Source: an uncultured Candidatus Saccharibacteria bacterium
GTDB lineage: Bacteria; Patescibacteriota; Minisyncoccia; UBA6257
DNA length: 64,000 nt
Assembly: GCA_964618625.1 (NCBI GenBank)
Contig: CAZUBI010000001.1
Location: 1,940-65,939, forward strand
Direction: 5' to 3'
The notes beneath the pieces were generated by a model, which was not told where the DNA came from, searched no databases, and saw only the letters and a program-made list of their open reading frames with translations. The position numbers were made by a program, and so were the translations under genes. Within the stretch, counting starts at the first letter, position 1. Each line of letters starts with the position of its first letter. Positions 59,780 through 64,000 of the stretch are shown here, in pieces.

Positions 59780-59912
59780 TGAAGAATTGGGCAAGAAAAT
59801 TTAATCCCCATAAAACAGCATATCGGACGCCATCTTCATTTAAAATACGTAAAATACGCAATAAACCTTGTTCTAAACAGGACCAAAAGGTTAAACTCAA
59901 AAGTCAAAATAA

Positions 59913-60938
59913 ATGAAAAAGGCAATTCTTTATGAAAAATTAAAAGATAATAAAGTTCGTTGTCAGGCTTGCCATAATCAGTGCCTTATTCCTGATAAAA
60001 GAACCGGAATTTGCGGAGTTCGTCAAAATATAGATGGTGATCTTTATCTTTTGGTTTATGGGAAAGCTATTAGTGTAAATATTGATCCTATAGAAAAAAA
60101 GCCTCTTTTTCATTTTTTGCCAGGCCAGAAAGCTTTCTCTTTAGGAACTCTAGGATGCAATTTTGATTGTGATTTTTGCCAAAACTGGGAAATCTCCCAA
60201 GCCCCAAAATCCTTCGACAAAACTCATGGTATAAAACATTATGGAGAAGAATGGGAGCCAGAAAAAATTGTAAAGTATTGTAAGGATAATAAAATCCCAA
60301 TCATTGCTTATACTTATAATGAACCTACTATTTGGATAGAATATGCTTTAGATACAATGAAATTAGCTAAAAAAGAGGGGATTAAAAATATATGGGTTTC
60401 TAATGGTTTTATAAAAGAAAAAGCCCTTGATCTTATTGCGCCTTATCTTGACGCAATTAATATAGATCTAAAAAGTTTTTCAGAAGATTTTTATCAAAAA
60501 ATTTGTAAAGGGCGATTAGAACCAGTTAAGGAAAATATTAGAAAAATCTGGAAAAAGGGAATTTGGATAGAGGTTACTACTTTAATAATTCCTGGGTTTA
60601 ATGATTCTGAAAAAGAATTAAAACAAATAGCCAAATTTTTAGTAGGAGTTTCTAAAAATATACCTTGGCATATTTCCGCTTTTTATCCATGTTATAAAAT
60701 GCTTAATAAATCTCCTGCACCCCAAGAAACCTTAATTACTGCCTATAAAATTGGTAAAAAAGCGAGGTTACAATATGTTTATACTGGAAATATACCAAAT
60801 TCTAATTATGAAAGTACTTATTGCCCAAAATGCAATTCACTTATTATAGAACGATGTGGTATGGAAGTTTTAGAAAATAATTTAGAAAATGGAAAATGTC
60901 CCAAATGTAATACAAAAATACAAGGAATATGGAAGTAA
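59913..60938 (+). CDS. amrS: AmmeMemoRadiSam system radical SAM enzyme
   Basis: DPIEKKPLFHFLPG, CNFDCDFCQN, YTYNEP, YVYTGN. Confidence 0.92.
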   Translation: MKKAILYEKLKDNKVRCQACHNQCLIPDKRTGICGVRQNIDGDLYLLVYGKAISVNIDPIEKKPLFHFLPGQKAFSLGTLGCNFDCDFCQNWEISQAPKSFDKTHGIKHYGEEWEPEKIVKYCKDNKIPIIAYTYNEPTIWIEYALDTMKLAKKEGIKNIWVSNGFIKEKALDLIAPYLDAINIDLKSFSEDFYQKICKGRLEPVKENIRKIWKKGIWIEVTTLIIPGFNDSEKELKQIAKFLVGVSKNIPWHISAFYPCYKMLNKSPAPQETLITAYKIGKKARLQYVYTGNIPNSNYESTYCPKCNSLIIERCGMEVLENNLENGKCPKCNTKIQGIWK

Positions 60939-61720
60939 GACATCCAATTGTATCTGGTAGCTTTTATCCTGACGATCCTGATATTCTAAAACAACAAATC
61001 AAGGGTTTTTTGGATAATGCGACAGTGGAAAAACATCAATTATCAGTAAAAGCCCTTATTGTTCCACATGCAGGATATGTATATTCTGGCCCAATAGCTG
61101 CATACGCTTTTAAGCTTATAGAAGATTGTTCATATGAAAAGATTTTTCTCCTGGGACCTAGCCATCATTTTTCATTTGATAATCTTATTTCTTGCGCTAA
61201 AGGATATTGGCAAACACCATTGGGTAAAGTTGAGCAATTATCAAAAGACGATTTTCCAAAACTTAAAAACAAAAAAGAGATTATTGAATCATCTGAAATT
61301 CACCAGCAAGAGCATTCATTAGAAGTTCAATTACCATTTTTACAAACAGTTTTAGATGATTTTCAAATCTTTCCTTTATTAACCGGTAATATTATTGATT
61401 ATGAAAAAGTAAGTAATATTTTGTTATCAATTTATGACGAGAAAACTCTTTTTTTGGTGAGTTCTGATCTAAGCCATTATTTACCATATAATGAAGCAAA
61501 AATGATAGATAAAGTAACAATTGATGCGATATTAGCTAATGATATTCAGCGATTTAATGAATATGGTAATGCTTGTGGAAAAACATCAATTGAGATTTTA
61601 TTAAATATTGCAGATAAAAAACAATGGAAATCCAAGCTTTTATGTGCTATGAATTCCGGGGAAACTAGCGGAGATAAAAAACAAGTGGTAGGATATGCGA
61701 GCATTGTATATCATGAATAA
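60929..61720 (+). CDS. amrB: AmmeMemoRadiSam system protein B (MEMO1)
   Basis: GSFYP, PHAGYVYSG, EHSLEVQLPFL, SSDLSHY, VVGY. Confidence 0.92.
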   Translation: MEVRHPIVSGSFYPDDPDILKQQIKGFLDNATVEKHQLSVKALIVPHAGYVYSGPIAAYAFKLIEDCSYEKIFLLGPSHHFSFDNLISCAKGYWQTPLGKVEQLSKDDFPKLKNKKEIIESSEIHQQEHSLEVQLPFLQTVLDDFQIFPLLTGNIIDYEKVSNILLSIYDEKTLFLVSSDLSHYLPYNEAKMIDKVTIDAILANDIQRFNEYGNACGKTSIEILLNIADKKQWKSKLLCAMNSGETSGDKKQVVGYASIVYHE

Positions 61721-62276
61721 AGAAGATAAAAAATATCTTTTAAAATTAGCCAGAAAAGTTCTACGAAAATACTTTCAAGATGAAGGAATTCTTCAAATTG
61801 ATGAAGATAATTTGCCACAAACCTTAAAAGAAAAAAAGGGAACCTTTGTCACTTTATGGAAAAACAATAAATTAAGAGGATGCATAGGTAATTTAGAAAG
61901 TAAAAAACCAATCTATCAAAGCGTGATTGACAATTGTTTGGCGAGCGCTTTGCTTGATACTCGTTTTACGGCTTTAAAAAACGATGAACTAAATGATATA
62001 AAAATAGAAATTTCTGTTTTATCAGCATTAAAAAAACTCCCAGATTTTACCAGTTCAGATTCTTTTTTTAAATATTTAGATAAATATAAGCCAGGCTTGT
62101 TAATAAAAAGAGGTAGTCATCAAGCCACCTTTTTACCGCAGGTCTGGGAAGATTTAACTTCTACTGAATTGTTTATTTCTCATTTATGCGAAAAAGCAGG
62201 ACTAGATAAAAACGAATGGAAAAAGATGAACTTAGAAGTTTATCAATATAGCGCAGAAGTTTTTAAAGAAGGATAA
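61713..62276 (+). CDS. amrA: AmmeMemoRadiSam system protein A (AMMECR1)
   Basis: GTFVTL, LRGCIG, ATFLPQVW, LCEKAGL. Confidence 0.9.
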   Translation: MNKEDKKYLLKLARKVLRKYFQDEGILQIDEDNLPQTLKEKKGTFVTLWKNNKLRGCIGNLESKKPIYQSVIDNCLASALLDTRFTALKNDELNDIKIEISVLSALKKLPDFTSSDSFFKYLDKYKPGLLIKRGSHQATFLPQVWEDLTSTELFISHLCEKAGLDKNEWKKMNLEVYQYSAEVFKEG

Positions 62277-63265
62277 ATTATACTTCTAAGGTATTCAGGA
62301 TCTACTCCAGGACATTCTGTCGGTTCCTCTCTAATATCCAACTCCATATGTCCTTTTATAAAGCTCTTACTCATTTCCCGGCCAGATAAGTCTGGCTTTC
62401 GAAGATAAAATTCCTCTTGATTGATATCTAATTCATACTCAATAATCAAATATTTAACAAGACTAATAAAGGCTTTTTTCATTGCCTCAGTTAATTTATC
62501 ATGGCCAGGGCGAAAATCACCCATTAAAGAAATGGATACTGTTCCTTTATTATGCCCATAAGCATGAATTCCGACTGAATATTTTCCTCCCAAACTTCCT
62601 TCATAAATTCTACCATTACCATCTATTAAATAATGATATCCAATATCCCTCCATTTTCTTTGCACAGCTGTCATAAGATAAATTCTTTGCAATTCTTTTT
62701 TTGATTCTTCAAAATTTGTAGTAAACTTTCCAGCAGTATGATGAACAACAATTTCCTCTACCGGCAAATAATAATAAACAAAATCATTTTCTTTTTTTAA
62801 GCTCTGAAGAAAGAAATTATCGTATGATTTAAAGTTTTGGTTGTAATTAATTAATAATTCAAGGGATTTCCAATATTCTTTTTCAGAAAATGTATCTTCA
62901 GGATTATATCTATCTTCATAGCAATAATCTTTCTCACAGAAATTTTCTATAAATTTAGGATCAGAATAATCATTATCAGCACCCCATTCCTCTCTGCTGA
63001 TTATTTTTATGTTTTCATTACCCAACATTCTTTGTCCATATGTTTTATAAAAATTAGTTAGATTAATGTGTTGTGGAATTTCAATATTCAAATGCTCTAA
63101 ATTTGATTTATCAAAAGAATCTATAATTATCTCTGTGTTTGACTGGAACAGTGATGAAGTTAAATATTTTTTTTCTATTATTTTACTATTGATAAAAAAT
63201 CCAAAAGCAATAAGCAGAAAAAGGCTTAAAATTATATGGCAATATTTTTTAAAAAATGAAAACAT
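62243..63265 (-). CDS. N-acetylmuramoyl-L-alanine amidase (PGRP/Amidase_2), membrane-anchored
   Basis: ISREEWGA, VVHHTAG, DIGYHYLID, GHMEL, TECPG. Confidence 0.85.
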   Translation of the reverse strand: MFSFFKKYCHIILSLFLLIAFGFFINSKIIEKKYLTSSLFQSNTEIIIDSFDKSNLEHLNIEIPQHINLTNFYKTYGQRMLGNENIKIISREEWGADNDYSDPKFIENFCEKDYCYEDRYNPEDTFSEKEYWKSLELLINYNQNFKSYDNFFLQSLKKENDFVYYYLPVEEIVVHHTAGKFTTNFEESKKELQRIYLMTAVQRKWRDIGYHYLIDGNGRIYEGSLGGKYSVGIHAYGHNKGTVSISLMGDFRPGHDKLTEAMKKAFISLVKYLIIEYELDINQEEFYLRKPDLSGREMSKSFIKGHMELDIREEPTECPGVDPEYLRSIIYPSLKTSALY

Positions 63266-64000
63266 TTAAAAATTAGTTTTTAATATCCATTGATTACCTC
63301 TTAAAAAACTTTCACTATCCATTGTATTTTTCCCTGCTGGCCTTAATTCCTCAATAACATAAACTCCTTTGCCGCATTTAACTGCCAGTTTATTTTCAAG
63401 TTTGAAAATTTGCCCTGGCATTTTTTCTCTATAAAGGGACGAGTCGTTTATAGAACAACCTTTTGTTATTTTGATAATTATATCATCTGCCGTAGTAAAA
63501 ACGCCTGGTTTAGGGTTTAAAGCTCTTACCTTTCTATCTATTTCTATAGCTGGTTTCTCCCAATTTATTTTTTCATCTTTTGGCAAAATCTTATGGCAAT
63601 AACTCGCTAAAGAATGATTTTGGGGTATTGACTTAATTTTTCCTTCAAGCCACTGCGGAACAGTTTTGATTATAAGATTTGCTCCTAAAATTGCCAATTC
63701 TTGCATTAATTCAGAATAAGTAATTTTCGTATTTTGTATCTTGTGTCTTGCACTTTGTATTATTGGTCCATGGTCTATTTCTTCATCCATTAAAAATAAA
63801 GTAACTCCTGTTTCATTATCACCTGCTAAAATAGTTGATTGAATAGGGGTAGCTCCGCGCCATTTGGGGAGGAGAGACGGATGAAGATTCAGAACTCCTT
63901 TTTTAGGTATTGATAGCAATTTTGAAGGAATAATTTTTCCATACGCAGTAAGAATTACTAAGTCTGGATTATAATCTTTAAAACTTGATAAAAATTCTTC
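63266..64000 (-). CDS. fmt: methionyl-tRNA formyltransferase, 5'-truncated by window edge
   Basis: AYGKII, NLHPSLLPKWRGATPIQ, DHGPI, RALNPKPG; frame open to base 64000. Confidence 0.92.
   Translation of the reverse strand, partial: EEFLSSFKDYNPDLVILTAYGKIIPSKLLSIPKKGVLNLHPSLLPKWRGATPIQSTILAGDNETGVTLFLMDEEIDHGPIIQSARHKIQNTKITYSELMQELAILGANLIIKTVPQWLEGKIKSIPQNHSLASYCHKILPKDEKINWEKPAIEIDRKVRALNPKPGVFTTADDIIIKITKGCSINDSSLYREKMPGQIFKLENKLAVKCGKGVYVIEELRPAGKNTMDSESFLRGNQWILKTNF

Overview
AT-rich (about 30% GC by eye) bacterial chromosome segment read with genetic code 11. The compact genes, mostly SD-less leaders and gene content suggest a Patescibacteria/CPR (Parcubacteria-like) genome; this lineage call is inference. 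Housekeeping blocks: mraZ-rsmH-ftsL-like-PBP-murF, tRNA-Glu, rplU, recR-dnaB-cysS-corA, a CIRCE-controlled hrcA-grpE-dnaK-dnaJ...groES-groEL-lemA-htpX cluster, murD, trxB, queA-tgt-queH, the AmmeMemoRadiSam trio and partial fmt. The main discovery is a roughly 20-kb, strictly co-oriented array of about 29 unrelated accessory genes starting just downstream of tRNA-Ser(GGA) (29387-49200). The genes are separated by a bipartite repeat. Part A is a 26-29 bp att-like core, GGTTCCAACATCGTTCCATAGCCCCAGCA, with 13 copies plus a first variant that resembles a tRNA-Gln 3' end. Part B is a hairpin-terminator/promoter module, AATCGCC-N5-GGCGATTTTTTGGTAGAAT, whose -10 box usually lies 6-9 nt before the next ATG. 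This looks like an integron-like, tRNA-anchored gene-cassette system with non-attC sites and self-promoted leaderless cassettes. No integrase lies in the window, and the tail of a second such array is at the left edge. Also seen: SD-led orphan operons with boxA-like leaders, twin small-RNA genes flanking a GGDEF gene, a three-stem ncRNA candidate before trxB, and a REP-like element inserted in-frame in hrcA. All product calls come from motif recognition, not database searches.
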